Source: Cyanidioschyzon merolae (taxonomy: Eukaryota). From it: 64,000 bases of DNA. The first letter of the stretch is position 1, and each line of letters begins with the position of its first letter. The DNA is taken from NCBI GenBank assembly GCA_000091205.1, contig AP006502.2. One strand, written 5' to 3'. Shown here piece after piece: positions 18,610-30,453 of this stretch. The notes under the pieces were generated by a model. That model saw only the letters and a program-made list of their open reading frames with translations. It was not told where the DNA came from and made no database searches. Position numbers and translations under genes: made by a program.

Positions 18610-20322
18610 ATGTTCGTGTTGAGCCGTGTGCCGCCAGTTTTCTCGCGCAATGGTTTCTCGTTGAGCAAGATTAATAGAGGATGCACTCTGTCCTTGGGTT
18701 CCGGTATACGTCGTTTTGGTTGCGGCGGGCTCGACGCTCGCTCGAGTGCTTGGTGCGGTCAACCGCGCTGCTTCGTCCACACACCCAGTTTCCCGCGCGT
18801 GCTGCGAGGCGAGAAAAAGCAGCGCAGCATTGGTGCGCAAGGTTCCCGGCGAACTGTTATGGTAGCGCTCACGTCGAAGCCGGTGCCGTGGAAGCGCCTC
18901 GCGGGCTGGTTCGTGGACGGTTTCCCTGTGTGGTGCATGTTGGCGTCGTATCTCGCGCTGAGGTATCCTCAGGTGTTCATTTCCGCACCATTCGTTACGA
19001 GTCCACAGGGCGTGACCTTCGGTTTATCGCTTATCATGCTGTCTATGGGTATGACGCTAACCTGGCAAGATGTGGGTCGGTGTCTGGGTTTGCAGCCGCC
19101 CGCCATGGAGGCAGGTACGCCATCGGGGACGCTGGCGACCTCATCGATGGTACGCCGCGCAGTCCTCGTGAATACGATCATGTGCTTCGTGGTCATGCCG
19201 CTGGTTGCTTACCTACTTGCAAAGACAGTGATGACCTCAACTGCAGTCGTTTCATCGCTCTTAGGTGCATCGCTGGACACTGTCAAAGCTGTCCCAGGTG
19301 GTATGGATGCGGCTAGTAAGGCTCTCAAGTCAGCGATCCTGACTGGCATGGTCCTGCTAGGATCCGTATCTGGCGGACAGGCAAGTAATCTGTGTACGTA
19401 TATCGCCAAGGGCGATGTCGGCATGTCCGTTACAATGACCACCGCCACGACGCTTCTCGTCACGGTGGCGTTGCCGCTGATCACCTCGCTGTTGCTGGGG
19501 GCGGCAGTACCAGTTGACGGCGCTCGTTTGGCCACCTCAACGGCACGCGTCGTCCTGCTGCCTCTGGCGCTTGGTATTGCTTTGAATACCTATGTTTTAC
19601 GAACAAACGAAGCCCGCAGCAGACTGGCACCATGGCTACCGGTTCTTGGTGTTGCTGCGACCCTGTTCACCATCGTGGGTGCCCTATCACCAGTCTCCGC
19701 AACGGTGCTTGCTGCTCTGAGTGAAACTCCTTTGGTGCTGGCAGTGGCCGGCTTTCATATTTTTGGCGGTTTCCTCGGTTATTACATTTCGAAACGAATG
19801 CCAGGTTTCTACGGCGATGAAGCCACTGCGCGCACCATCTCCATCGAGACGATGTTCAAGTCGCCAGCGCTAAGTTTCATTCTCGCGGCGAAGCACTTTG
19901 ACGGTGCCTGGGTTCTCGTACCGTCGTCAATTAGCCTTGTTGTGCTGGCGCCTATCGCTGCAGCGTATGCAGTTTTGCTGCGCCGTTCCGCGAGCCTGAG
20001 CTTTCCAGCGTTCATGGCGGGCGCCTCGAGCCTGACTCCCTTCAGAAATCTCAAACAAGTGCCGCTCGGCAGCGCTGCACCGTCACCGCAGCCCGTTGTT
20101 CGTTCCAATGTGCTCACCGTCGGAGAAACTCGAGTGAAGTCGCAGCCGCCCACAGCGCTGCCGATTGTGACCGCTCCGGGCCGTCTCCTGCATCCGCGGG
20201 TACGTGTCTACTTTCGAAACGCTCCGAATCCCGTGATCGTACCAAAAAGCGAGCTGAGAAACTTTTTGCTGAAAATGCGGAAAATGAAAGGAATGCAGGT
20301 GGTTAAGATCGTGGAAGTGTGA
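18610..20322 (+). CDS. BASS-family (bile acid:sodium symporter-like) plastid-type transporter with a transit-peptide-like N-terminus
   Basis: The family core is LSLIMLSMGMTLTWQDV followed by many TM helices. The ATG at 18610 begins a Ser/Arg-rich, acid-free stretch (MFVLSRVPPVFSRNGFSLSKINRG...) typical of a chloroplast transit peptide. The track ORF begins further upstream at 18433 with a non-conserved extension. Confidence 0.7.
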   Translation: MFVLSRVPPVFSRNGFSLSKINRGCTLSLGSGIRRFGCGGLDARSSAWCGQPRCFVHTPSFPRVLRGEKKQRSIGAQGSRRTVMVALTSKPVPWKRLAGWFVDGFPVWCMLASYLALRYPQVFISAPFVTSPQGVTFGLSLIMLSMGMTLTWQDVGRCLGLQPPAMEAGTPSGTLATSSMVRRAVLVNTIMCFVVMPLVAYLLAKTVMTSTAVVSSLLGASLDTVKAVPGGMDAASKALKSAILTGMVLLGSVSGGQASNLCTYIAKGDVGMSVTMTTATTLLVTVALPLITSLLLGAAVPVDGARLATSTARVVLLPLALGIALNTYVLRTNEARSRLAPWLPVLGVAATLFTIVGALSPVSATVLAALSETPLVLAVAGFHIFGGFLGYYISKRMPGFYGDEATARTISIETMFKSPALSFILAAKHFDGAWVLVPSSISLVVLAPIAAAYAVLLRRSASLSFPAFMAGASSLTPFRNLKQVPLGSAAPSPQPVVRSNVLTVGETRVKSQPPTALPIVTAPGRLLHPRVRVYFRNAPNPVIVPKSELRNFLLKMRKMKGMQVVKIVEV

Positions 20323-20464
20323 GCAGCGTGCGCCTCAGGGTCACACAAAGTTCGCATCTTGACTTCATTGTCTAGTTTCTTGGGAGCATACTGCAACACG
20401 CTGCTCTGTGCACGCCGGAGCGCATGGCAGGGACCCTGCTGTCGAGAACGCTTCTCATCCAAAA

Positions 20465-20640
20465 GTCCGTAAATATACGAGGGAAATCGATCCAGCTGCA
20501 GTATCAGTGCATCACCACTATTCCCGAGGTATCCCGAGCATCGCAACGTATATCCCAGAGTCCGTAAATATACGAGGGAAATCGATCCAGCTGCAGTATC
20601 AGTGCATCACCACTATTCCCGAGGTATCCCGAGCATCGCA
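20465..20640. repeat. Two tandem copies of an 81-bp unit (period 95 bp) in the region downstream of the BASS gene
   Basis: gtccgtaaatatacgagggaaatcgatccagctgcagtatcagtgcatcaccactattcccgaggtatcccgagcatcgca occurs at 20465-20545 and again at 20560-20640. Confidence 0.85.
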
Positions 20641-21070
20641 GCTGCTGACAGCGGATCCTGCCCAGTTACAAGCCTCGGCCTGTGCGTACAGACGTTACGT
20701 GTCACGCTCGGAGGACAGCATTGATGCATACATGTCAATGGACCGGTTGCGCAGACACGTGCCACAGCTTTTCTATGGACAAAGCCTCTGGATACTCCGT
20801 ACTGCGCAGTACGGTGTCCCTGCGAACGCGAACGGGGTCGCTTCCCGCCGGTTCTTTGCTCTCCGCCCGTACCGCGCTGACACCATAAAACCGAGTACTC
20901 TCTTCCGCATGTCAAATTCCTATGCATAATATCCTGCACGTGACAGCAAACACCGAGCAGCTCGTGCTCCTGATGCGTTAGTATGACCTGCAAACAAGTA
21001 CAGAGAAACTGGCGTTATACCTCGCGCTGCTCGGGCATCATGCCCGTTTAACTGAACCTTGGCGTTCTCG

Positions 21071-21685
21071 TCACCGAGTTAAAAGTGTTATGATACCTTG
21101 AGATCCAACCAAGAGCTCCTGTGAGAGGCTCGTAAGCGCCAGCCACACAAGCGGTGTGATATCGACGCCACCCTGCGGCGGTATGATACGACGCGTCGGC
21201 CGCAACAGTCCCTCGGTAGCGAGCACAACGATAGACCAGGGCGGACGCCCAGCATTGATCTGAGGAAACCACGGAATCACAAATCTCAGCAGAAACAAGA
21301 CTGTGTACGTGGTGAACACCAGCGAGAGCAAGCCCCGAAGCGGTGCAACAAACGCAGGAACCTGCACACTGTTCGCCACTGTGGGTGTCGTGAGCGCACT
21401 TCCAGTCACCGCTCCCCAAGCGAATGCCATCCACGTGGAAGCGACGTCCGTCACCATGACCAGCGATTCACAAAGGCACCTCTTCGACGGGGCTCGCTGC
21501 TGTTCCGCAGCGTAACCGGTGAACACCGGATACCGACCTCGTGGTAACAGCGACTTGCGCCACCAAGTGCTGCCGCTTCGAACGCTTCCATAGTGTTGCG
21601 TTCGAGCTCCCGCTCCATTCAATTTAGAGCACACCCCGAACCTAATATCCCTTCGAAGGACGCACCCGGTGTAAAGGAGAAACAT
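21071..21685 (-). CDS. YGGT-family (Ycf19/YlmG-like) membrane protein, probably plastid-targeted
   Basis: FLLRFVIPWFPQIN..PPWSIVVLATEGLLRPTRRIIPPQGGVDITPLVWLALTSL matches the YGGT signature (P.w..ePlL.P.Rr.iP...g.D.SP.v..l). The N-terminus is Ser/Arg-rich. Confidence 0.6.
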   Translation of the reverse strand: MFLLYTGCVLRRDIRFGVCSKLNGAGARTQHYGSVRSGSTWWRKSLLPRGRYPVFTGYAAEQQRAPSKRCLCESLVMVTDVASTWMAFAWGAVTGSALTTPTVANSVQVPAFVAPLRGLLSLVFTTYTVLFLLRFVIPWFPQINAGRPPWSIVVLATEGLLRPTRRIIPPQGGVDITPLVWLALTSLSQELLVGSQGIITLLTR

Positions 21686-21728
21686 TCACCACAGTTTCAC
21701 GAGGCTCAGCGGAACGCGACGGCAGCGC

Positions 21729-22667
21729 TTGCCAGTGCACTGCAGGCGTCCAGGTCGAACGGCGAGTCGACAAACGCTGCTGCTGGCTTCGTTGCTACTG
21801 CCGCGGGCGTACGCCTGCTTCAAACCGGCAATGTTTTCCACGGCAACGTACCTGGGTCCATACCAGGTCACACAGCGACACCTATGGAGTCAATCGAGCC
21901 GGTTACAATCATGTCGGCCTCGACGCTTTGTGCGATCCATAGCGTTTTTGAAGTTGCAAGGCGAGCTTGCGTTGTTCTGCGGTCGACGCTTGTACGCGAG
22001 CGCTGTTCGACCTGGTGACGCTGCCGCAGCCGGACGTGTAAAACGTGTTGGCGTACTCGTTTCCGGCACAGGTCGCTCGCTTGAGAACCTTCTACAAAGA
22101 ATACATACTGGGACGTTGCTGGGTGCCCAGATCGTAGTCGTTGTTGCTTCGCGGGCCGACTGCTTCGCGCTCGAACGAGCGGCCCAGCGGCACGTACCCG
22201 CAGAGGTTGTGGCTGCTCGGGCCTTCTCAGACACAGACCGATTCAGTGAAGCCATCACTGAGGTCCTGGTTGCTTATCGAGTTGATTTAGTGGTTATGGC
22301 GGGTTTCATGCATTTCTATCGGATTCCGCCTCGCTATGCCAACCGTGTGCTGAACATTCATCCGGCCCTGCTGCCTGCGTTTTGTGGGCGAGGGTTTTAC
22401 GGAAACCGAGTACACCAAGCCGTGCTAGACTTTGGTGCAAAAGTGACTGGCGTCACGGTTCATTTCGCGGACAACGAATACGATCATGGACCAATTGTTC
22501 TACAGAGCGCCGTTCCCGTCCTCGATGAGGATACCGTGGAGACACTGGCTGCTCGGGTATTTGCGGAGGAGTGTCGTCTTTTGCCGGAAGCAGTCGAACT
22601 CTTCTGCCAAGATGCCCTGATTCTGGATGGACGTCGCGTTCGGATCCGACAACGACAAAACGTCTAG
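21729..22667 (+). CDS. purN: phosphoribosylglycinamide formyltransferase (GAR transformylase, PurN-type)
   Basis: VGVLVSGTGRSLENLL, then NIHPALLPAFCGRGFYGNRVHQAVLDFGAKVTGVTVHFADNEYDHGPIVLQ (the PurN NIHPSLLP/HxV..e.D.G.Ii.Q motifs). A presequence-like N-terminus precedes it. Confidence 0.75.
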   Translation: MPVHCRRPGRTASRQTLLLASLLLPRAYACFKPAMFSTATYLGPYQVTQRHLWSQSSRLQSCRPRRFVRSIAFLKLQGELALFCGRRLYASAVRPGDAAAAGRVKRVGVLVSGTGRSLENLLQRIHTGTLLGAQIVVVVASRADCFALERAAQRHVPAEVVAARAFSDTDRFSEAITEVLVAYRVDLVVMAGFMHFYRIPPRYANRVLNIHPALLPAFCGRGFYGNRVHQAVLDFGAKVTGVTVHFADNEYDHGPIVLQSAVPVLDEDTVETLAARVFAEECRLLPEAVELFCQDALILDGRRVRIRQRQNV

Positions 22668-23379
22668 AGCAGCGGCATAGCGTTCGTCAGCGTTGCCCCG
22701 GACTGGGCGACAGCAGCGCGAGTAGGATAATGAGCACATTACGGAGAGAGCATTGGCACATTCAGAACGACAAAGTGGCGGTTGGTAGACGTCTGGAGAA
22801 GCAACCCATGCGCTGCGTTCAGGTGATGGAAGCATGTGGCGGATGCTGCGGGCCCCGAAAGCGCCCCGGGGATGCTGTTTTGACGCGCTGTTTCCATTTG
22901 GGATGCGTACGCAACAGCCGCTTCGGGCTAGACGAGCACTGGAGGCTGACTTGTTTCGGAATCCGTATGCCTGGTGTAACTGCTGTTGCAACCGGCGGTG
23001 CTCGACGTGCTGTTGCCATATGCCGGCCTCGTGCAGATGGTGCTTCGTGCACCCGTACCAGCCGAGCGTCTTCCCGCGGGATACGTATGCCCGGATCAAT
23101 ATTCCTCACAAGATGCGAGCACTTGAAGACAGCTTGAGCACGACGGATGGAATGCCGCGTAGGCAAACGCCGGGAACAACGCGTACAAAGTAATGGGTAC
23201 TCTATGAGGACCGAGGCAATGACCCATGCGCTCCCCGGTACTGCAACGGATAAGTAGCGAATCCGGGAACCGCTAACGAGCAACACGCCATATAATCCAT
23301 TTCGGATCGTTTGTTTGTTTCGAGTAACGAGGAGCTCCTATGCGATGTACGCGTTCCAGCGTGCTGGCAGAAGTGCACA

Positions 23380-23410
<31 letters not shown>

Positions 23411-25798
23411 GCAGGTAAATTCGCACATTTTGACAATTCCAAGGGACTGGAGCATCGCCTTCGTATATCGATGCACATGTATCCCAGATTTCAAAGTCTT
23501 GCTTCATGGCGGGCATTTTTCGTTGCGGTAGTTCACGCTTCCGTCGAAAGCGCCGTATCCGAGGCGTCTACGTCGAACAACGCAAAGTGTCGCGGCACAC
23601 ACTGCACTGCAAAGCTGCATTATCACGCGAATCCGAGTTTTTTTTTCTGTTGCCAGAACGTTTCCATTCACCAGGGATTCCCGCTTGCGCGATGGATATT
23701 AGCATTCGGCATCGCAGCAGACGCTCCCGCGCTTGACTCCAGGCTCGATCACATATACCTTATCTCGCAGATCGAAGTCGTTTTTCACGCTCTACCGTGC
23801 GCCAAGTGCCTGACGTGAGCGTCTGCGCCAACAACGGTAGCGCCGGTGCGGTCACAGCATGGCGACAACACCGCATGGTCATTCCAAGGAGCGCTTCGGC
23901 TCGAGGCGTGCCTCACCTGACCCAGCGTCTTGGCTCATTAGCGATTTGTGCTCGCAACCAAGTGCCATATCGCTCGCGTAGCGGCAGTTTCGCCCCACCC
24001 GTATCAGTTTACAATGGAACATGAAAGTGCTTGCTCCGTTCCTGGCAGGCAACTGTTTTCGTACTCTGTTTAGAAATGCGGCTTCAGGATGCCAAGTGCA
24101 GCAACAAGGGCTTTCGGATTCATGGAGAGTTTCGGGATTACCGCTCGTTTCTTCCGAATGGATCCTTCGATGCTCTCCCGGTAGCATTCGTGACATCACC
24201 GGAATCGAGATGATCCGCGAGGCAATCGAACAGGGATTTGCAAAACCTAACCATATTACGATCCAATTCATATGTACGCGTTTGCACGCGTCTACTTTCC
24301 TAACATGTAGCATACTCCAATCAATGGTGCTTGGTGTTTTCGATCTATCTATTGCGAGGCAACTCGTGGAGGTAGCCATTCACGTGGCTGGTTTGACGAG
24401 GAAACCTACTCGACGCCGTTTCCCCGGCGACGTTTTCTCCCAGCTCATGCCCAAAGTTCGCTGAACTTGGAAGTTCAGATACTCGATTCCTTTCGAAAGA
24501 CAAATGCTTTTCTTTTTGAAGTCATCGACGGAGCGTCATTCAACAGTAGCGTGATACCTGCCAAGGGGTGCGCTCCCAGAGGCTTACGTCTCTCCTGCTT
24601 GTATGGAAAAAGGTCTTGGACTCGGACTCGAGTCATCGCAGCGAACTGTCCCAGTCGAGCATAAGTCAGCGCTTTGCGGGAAGCGAGCGTAGACAGATCG
24701 GCATTTCTGGACCAGTTCTCCGGACTGGATTTTCCCTCTGGCACTCGTTTCACCCTGGGCAACTTCGCGTTTCACTCATTTTCTATCGAACCGGCCGCAT
24801 GCGTCTGCGTGTGTAGCGAACAGTGTACGCTCGCGGCGGATCAACCAGAAGGAGCTCGGCATCGTGAGGTACGGCAACTGACCCGGAAATCGAGCTTGGC
24901 ATCGAGGATAACCCTTTGTATCTGTCAAGGGCATGTACTGAGCAATCAAGCGAGCGTTTACGCGGCAAAGGGCAATAAACAAAAGACGAGGTGTCGTGGA
25001 CGTATTCGACCGCCTGACCACATCCAAGTGTCACCGCTGCAAATGGCGCCCCTGCGTTGCATATACTGAAGAGACAAATGGCGATCGACGCGTGCATCGC
25101 CAATATCGTCTGTTCAGGAAATGCGTAGAAAAATGCCGAAAGCCGGTAAGTGAGACCCTCACCACTGCCATCAACACCCTTCGACTGCATGCAACGGATT
25201 CGGAAGCAAACAAGAGACCAGCGTGTTCCAAGCTCCGAGACCTGTAATAGGAAAAGGAAGCAGTCACTGAAAAAGCTCCCATTGGCTGGAATTCATAGAA
25301 GTGCACTGAGAAGCCAACGTTGGCACGTGCACCCGAGTTACAGAGAACCCGATCGACTTTATCCTGAATTGGATGTAGCGGAAACGCGTCCCAAACTTCA
25401 GCAACAAGCGTCCTGACCTCCGTTCAGCAGACGCTTCATGACACACAGTCGTGCGCAAGATACGCACGTCGGCATACGCATGGGCCTTATGAGCATCATC
25501 CCACACGGAACGACAGTTGCTAGACATGTGTCCTCGCGATGATCCACAATGATGCTCAGGTTGGCGTATATAGTGCGTCTGTTTGCTTCATGAACTGGTG
25601 CGCTTCGGAAATCGGTGTCGTTTGCCATCGCATGAATGCAGTTCTCCGCTTAATGAATCGTGACTCGACAAGCCGAATTTCATGTCGAGCGGTTATTCTC
25701 AAAGCGCCCTTGGCTGGTACCAGCGACCGGTGTCCGTAAAATGCTCGAGTCCGCATGAGCGTTTCCCTGCAGGTCTGAATACACCTGTGGTGCGGGTA

Positions 25799-26656
25799 TC
25801 AATGTCCGACGCGACCCAGGCGCGCCTCAGTACGAGGGTTCGCAGTCATCGTCTGTGCTCGTTCGAGAGCGGCGTTCAGTAGATGCTGCGTGTAGAGGAG
25901 TTCTTCGTTATGCAACTGGCGCCCAATACGTTGAAGCTGTGCATAGACTCCGGATGGCAATGCACATGTTGCGTCGGAAACTGTGGTTTCCGTGCACATG
26001 GGCTCCGGAGTAGCTTGCGCCTCTGAGGGAACGCCTCCAGTCGCCGCCAGAGCTGTAGTTGCCGGTGCATCCGCACGGCTGCATGGTGGTAGCCATTGTT
26101 CGCGTGGTGGCCAACGCGTTATCGCCCAGTGCGCCCCTGCACGAAGCACCTCCCGAGCTGATGCGGCCGGTAGCGCCAGCTCAGCTCGCAGCAAGTCGAA
26201 GCTTGCGGGGTCCAAGTCCTGCGTTTCCAACGGCAGCTTCTTGTCGTCTGCTCTTACAAGTTCCTCACTTAGAGCCATAGTTTCCGCAATGAAATCGGTG
26301 TCCAGCTCTTCATCGACGACGCAACCGGCGTGCTCCGCGAGCTCGTCACGAAAAGCGCAATCAACTGCTCTAGAAAGAAGAAACTCGCGCACGAGACTCG
26401 GGTCTGTAGCAGGATCCCACGGGCACTCTGCAGCGTCACGCAGGTATGTTCGCAGTGCCGCGTCGTCGCCTCTCTTGAGAGGTTCCCGAGCAGCCGGCTC
26501 CCAGAGACGCAGTTGCGTGTCCTCCAGCCAAGCGACTTGGATCACCAGCGGTGCACGCTCGACAATGGTGTCAGGCGCATCGAGCGCGAGCCATACGAAC
26601 CGCTCCCACTGGTTCGCCATGTCAGCCCCAGTCACTACGAAGAGACAACCAGTCAC
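25799..26656 (-). CDS. hypothetical acidic protein
   Basis: ORF of 285 aa with a protein-like composition, but I recognise no family motif. Confidence 0.3.
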   Translation of the reverse strand: MTGCLFVVTGADMANQWERFVWLALDAPDTIVERAPLVIQVAWLEDTQLRLWEPAAREPLKRGDDAALRTYLRDAAECPWDPATDPSLVREFLLSRAVDCAFRDELAEHAGCVVDEELDTDFIAETMALSEELVRADDKKLPLETQDLDPASFDLLRAELALPAASAREVLRAGAHWAITRWPPREQWLPPCSRADAPATTALAATGGVPSEAQATPEPMCTETTVSDATCALPSGVYAQLQRIGRQLHNEELLYTQHLLNAALERAQTMTANPRTEARLGRVGH

Positions 26657-27816
26657 GGCGCTTTCGAACCTGCGCCTCTACCCTGTAAGTCTACCACGCG
26701 TTGCAGTGCAACAGCGTCAAACGTCAATGTCTTATGAAGCAACGTCGCCGAACGCTGCCGGTCAGGCGGTACGCGTCACTGCGAAAAGTGAATCCTCATG
26801 TGAGGCGCACCTGCTCCGTGCATCTACGGGGTCGTTTCTATGAAGCAGTTTTTCGGACGAGAATGTTCATTGGGGATGCCGTCGACTAGGTCATTAGGGT
26901 CCTGCCACCAAAGGCAGTGTATATTGTCCACTCTGGTGTCAGGAAGAAAGCTGCACCTTTTTACAGACCGCCGCTTCTAGGTGGACCTACCATTCTTGAG
27001 CGGCGTTTGCGGATATAGAACGCAAAGCCGGCACCGGACCGCATGCTGACTGAACCAAGAAGCTCGTTTATGGACACCAAAGACACACGTTCTACCTCCC
27101 GGGTGGTAGGTCCCGCGAACCGAATGAGCACACAGGTCTAGCGTGTCGTGCACCTGCTCACTTGTTGGTATCGAGCCAAGGCCTGCATCACGAACTGGCG
27201 ACGCAGTTCATGCATGGTGGCGAAGGTAGCGTTCAGTGCCCGGATATTCGTGCTACTTGCCGGATTCGCTCCACGATTCGCACCACACACTGGCAAGCCT
27301 GTACATGTCGAGCGTCGGAGCAGAAACGAACCACGAGACCTGACCTCGCCTCGAGTCGACGTACTCCATGGCATGGTAACGCAGTGCCAACTCCGTGTTG
27401 TGTCCGTACCGATCATACAGGTGCTGCGGCGGGTGCTCGCAGCAGGCACTCGACGCTCCGCGAAAACCTACGAACGGACTAGTACCGCCCGGGAAAAGGA
27501 CGTCCAGCGGCTAATCGAACGCGGATCTCGGGTCTGGAAAGAAGGACGCTTTCCCGAATGCCGGTATACACAGAGTCATCAATCTAGGATCCTTCGTCCG
27601 TGTAAACGTGATGTCCTTGGAAACAGGTTACCAGGTCTGACTGCCTGCAAGCACTCCAGAGTACTAGCGGCACTGAGCGGCAACTGGCGTGGAGGCTTCG
27701 GATGCGCTTCCCGGGGTGCATCGCTCGATTCACCGATCGCTGGTAAATGGATCACCCTGACTTGTGCGTAACTGGAACCTTCTAAATATCATTATTGGGA
27801 GGCAAGCGTTCCCCTT

Positions 27817-29715
27817 ATGTGCCTACAAAACGGAGACACGTGGACTGCATTCGTAGCGGCACCGTTGGGTCGCACGCTTGCACCGGCACCAGTGCTGGTG
27901 AGGTGTCGAACGGGGCTGTCGACTGGTGCAACGTCGCCGCGGTACGCTACCACTGGGCAGGCACACGACAACAACGCTCGCGTGTACGTTCGGGGTGGTG
28001 TACGCTTGAGAACTGGTTGGCGACAGAGCCACTGCTCGATGCATCAGGACGGCACAGACGCTTTTCGTGTTATTCGTTCCGCTCGGGAGCTGCTCGAGGC
28101 ACGAGGCTACGAGCCGTCGGAGTTCGGGCTCCGTCCCAGCGGTGAACCCCGGCGAGCGGTCGTCATCGGCGCCGGGCTAGCAGGTCTCGCGACCGCCATG
28201 GAGCTTGCCGACGTTGGCTTTGCGGTGGATATCTTCGAAACGCGCAACTTTTACGGAGGCAAGGTCGGTTCCTGGCAGGACAGAGACGGTAACCATATCG
28301 AAATGGGACTGCATGTCTTTTTCGGGTGCTACTACAACTTGTTTGCGATCATGCGTCAGCTGGGCGTTCTCGATCAGCATTTCCTTCCCAAAGAACATCG
28401 CCATATCTTTGTGAACCGTGACGGGCGTCTGGCGGAGCTAGACTTTCGATTTGGACCAGTGGGGGCACCCTGGAACGGCCTCAAGGCGTTCTTCACCACC
28501 GAGCAGCTGAACTTGATCGATAAACTGCGGAACGCGATCGCGCTTGGCACATCGCCCATCATTCGAGCACTGGTCGACTTTGACGGTGCGATGGAACAAG
28601 TTCGAGAACTGGACGAAATGAGTTTTACACAATGGTTCATGCGTCACGGTGGCAGTCGCGGCAGCATTGAACGCTTGTGGAATCCCATTGCATATGCACT
28701 CGGCTTCATCGACTGCGATCAGATCAGTGCTCGTTGTATGCTGACGATCTTTCAGCTTTTCGCTGTTCGGACGGAAGCGAGTCAGCTTCGGCTTCTGATT
28801 GGCGCCCCGGTCCAGTACATGCTCAAGCCCATGCTAGAGTATATCAAGGCACGCGGCGGTCGCTTATATCTTCGACAGGGTGTTCGAAGTTTCATCACCG
28901 AGTCGGATGCGGAAACCGGCCAGGAACGCGTGGTAGGTGTACGAGTCCGTTCTGCTGCTTCGACATCCGCCACGAAGAACCGGGCAGTGTCCAGCACGTA
29001 CGTGCCAGCTGATGTCGTGGTCGCTGCCCTAGACGTGCCCGGGATGAAACGATTGATTCCAGACTCGTGGTGTGAGCAGTACGAATACTTTGCCAATATC
29101 AAGCGTCTGGAGACGGTGCCTGTGATCACAGTACAGTTACGCTTCAATGGCTGGGTAACGGAGCTCGCAGACGGGTCCCTGCATCGAGACGGCGACGCTC
29201 GCGGTCTGGATAACTTGCTTTACAGCGCGGATGCGGATTTCTCCTGTTTCGCTGACCTTGCGGTAACGTCCCCCGCGGATTACTACCGAGCTGGACAGGG
29301 CTCGCTTCTACAGTGTGTGATTACGCCCGCCGATCCCTATTTGCACATGGCGGATGCAGCGATTGTTGCCAAGGTTTGCAGCCAGGTCCAGGAGCTTTTC
29401 CCTAGTGCCCGCAACCTGCAATGCATCTGGAGCAACGTTGTTAAGTTAGGACAAAGCCTTTATAGAGAGGCACCTGGCGCTGAGCGGTATCGACCGACAC
29501 AGCGATCGCCGATCGCGAACTTGTATCTCGCGGGGAGCTACACCCAACAGGATTATATTGATTCACAGGAGGGGGCGGTGCGGAGCGGACGGCTCGCAGC
29601 CCAAGCGATCGTCGAAGACCTGCTCACTGCCATGAAACAGGGCAACGGGGCAACGCTGACCTATGCCGCTGCACCGCCAATGCAACGTTCTACGCTCTCG
29701 ACGGAAGCGTCCTAG
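27817..29715 (+). CDS. ZDS: zeta-carotene desaturase (plant/cyanobacterial CrtQ-type), plastid-targeted
   Basis: FAD-binding [30 protein letters not shown]-specific [81 protein letters not shown] would read HIFFGAYPN here. About 100 aa of Ser/Arg/Thr-rich presequence precede the core. Confidence 0.85.
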   Translation: MCLQNGDTWTAFVAAPLGRTLAPAPVLVRCRTGLSTGATSPRYATTGQAHDNNARVYVRGGVRLRTGWRQSHCSMHQDGTDAFRVIRSARELLEARGYEPSEFGLRPSGEPRRAVVIGAGLAGLATAMELADVGFAVDIFETRNFYGGKVGSWQDRDGNHIEMGLHVFFGCYYNLFAIMRQLGVLDQHFLPKEHRHIFVNRDGRLAELDFRFGPVGAPWNGLKAFFTTEQLNLIDKLRNAIALGTSPIIRALVDFDGAMEQVRELDEMSFTQWFMRHGGSRGSIERLWNPIAYALGFIDCDQISARCMLTIFQLFAVRTEASQLRLLIGAPVQYMLKPMLEYIKARGGRLYLRQGVRSFITESDAETGQERVVGVRVRSAASTSATKNRAVSSTYVPADVVVAALDVPGMKRLIPDSWCEQYEYFANIKRLETVPVITVQLRFNGWVTELADGSLHRDGDARGLDNLLYSADADFSCFADLAVTSPADYYRAGQGSLLQCVITPADPYLHMADAAIVAKVCSQVQELFPSARNLQCIWSNVVKLGQSLYREAPGAERYRPTQRSPIANLYLAGSYTQQDYIDSQEGAVRSGRLAAQAIVEDLLTAMKQGNGATLTYAAAPPMQRSTLSTEAS

Positions 29716-30453
29716 CGGTAGCGTCTTGTCGTGGTATGCGGCGTTGCCTCGACTCGTTGTGCGCAGATGCCTTGCGAATATAGGAGCTCAGTGTCAGCGG
29801 AGTTCGGCTGATGGTGAGGCTACGATGCTGCCACGTTTTGGCGTGACAGCAGAAGGAACGGACGCAGCATCGCGCGTGCTGCTGGATTCCGAGCTGTGAA
29901 CTCTGGAACACCTGTGCCAGCACCCCCGTTTCATTTTGGATCGTTTGTCTCCCCGCAATTCAACAGCAGGATTTGTATCCTGTAGACGGCAGGGAGGTTG
30001 CCGAAAATCGTTATACTGTCACTGCAAGCATTCGAAAAAAATGACGTTGACGAGTACGTCATGTTGCTCTCAGCAGGTGATTGAACTTGTCTTCTCGTTG
30101 TGTTCATTCGGAAGGTTGTGTATTCATGCTAGAACTTTCCATAGTCTATCCACACAAATGTCTCTTCGTGAGTTGATTTCAGCGCGTAGTTTCTCTGAGA
30201 TTTACAACCGGAGTACCCAGAAGATAAGAATTTTTCACACGGGTGATCTGGACGGTGTCAAAGAGACAATGATAAACACAGAAAAGAAGCGCGCTTCTGT
30301 CAGCGACGGCCTCCGGTTCAGCAATACGACATCGAGCACGCACTGAAACGCAAACCCGAATGATAGTTGGCACTGGTTTTCGCCTCAGTCGATGAGTCTT
30401 TATCGGGAATGACTGATTCATCTGTATACGGGTATTCAAAGGGAGACAACCTG

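Noticed and set aside
20465-20640. CRISPR-like array
   Set aside because: Only two copies of an 81-bp unit with a 14-bp spacer. This is eukaryotic context, and there are no cas genes.
22500-23286. Minus-strand ORFs 22500..23099 and 22819..23286
   Set aside because: The first overlaps the 3' end of the GART gene in antisense. Both have Cys/Arg-rich, non-protein-like translations.
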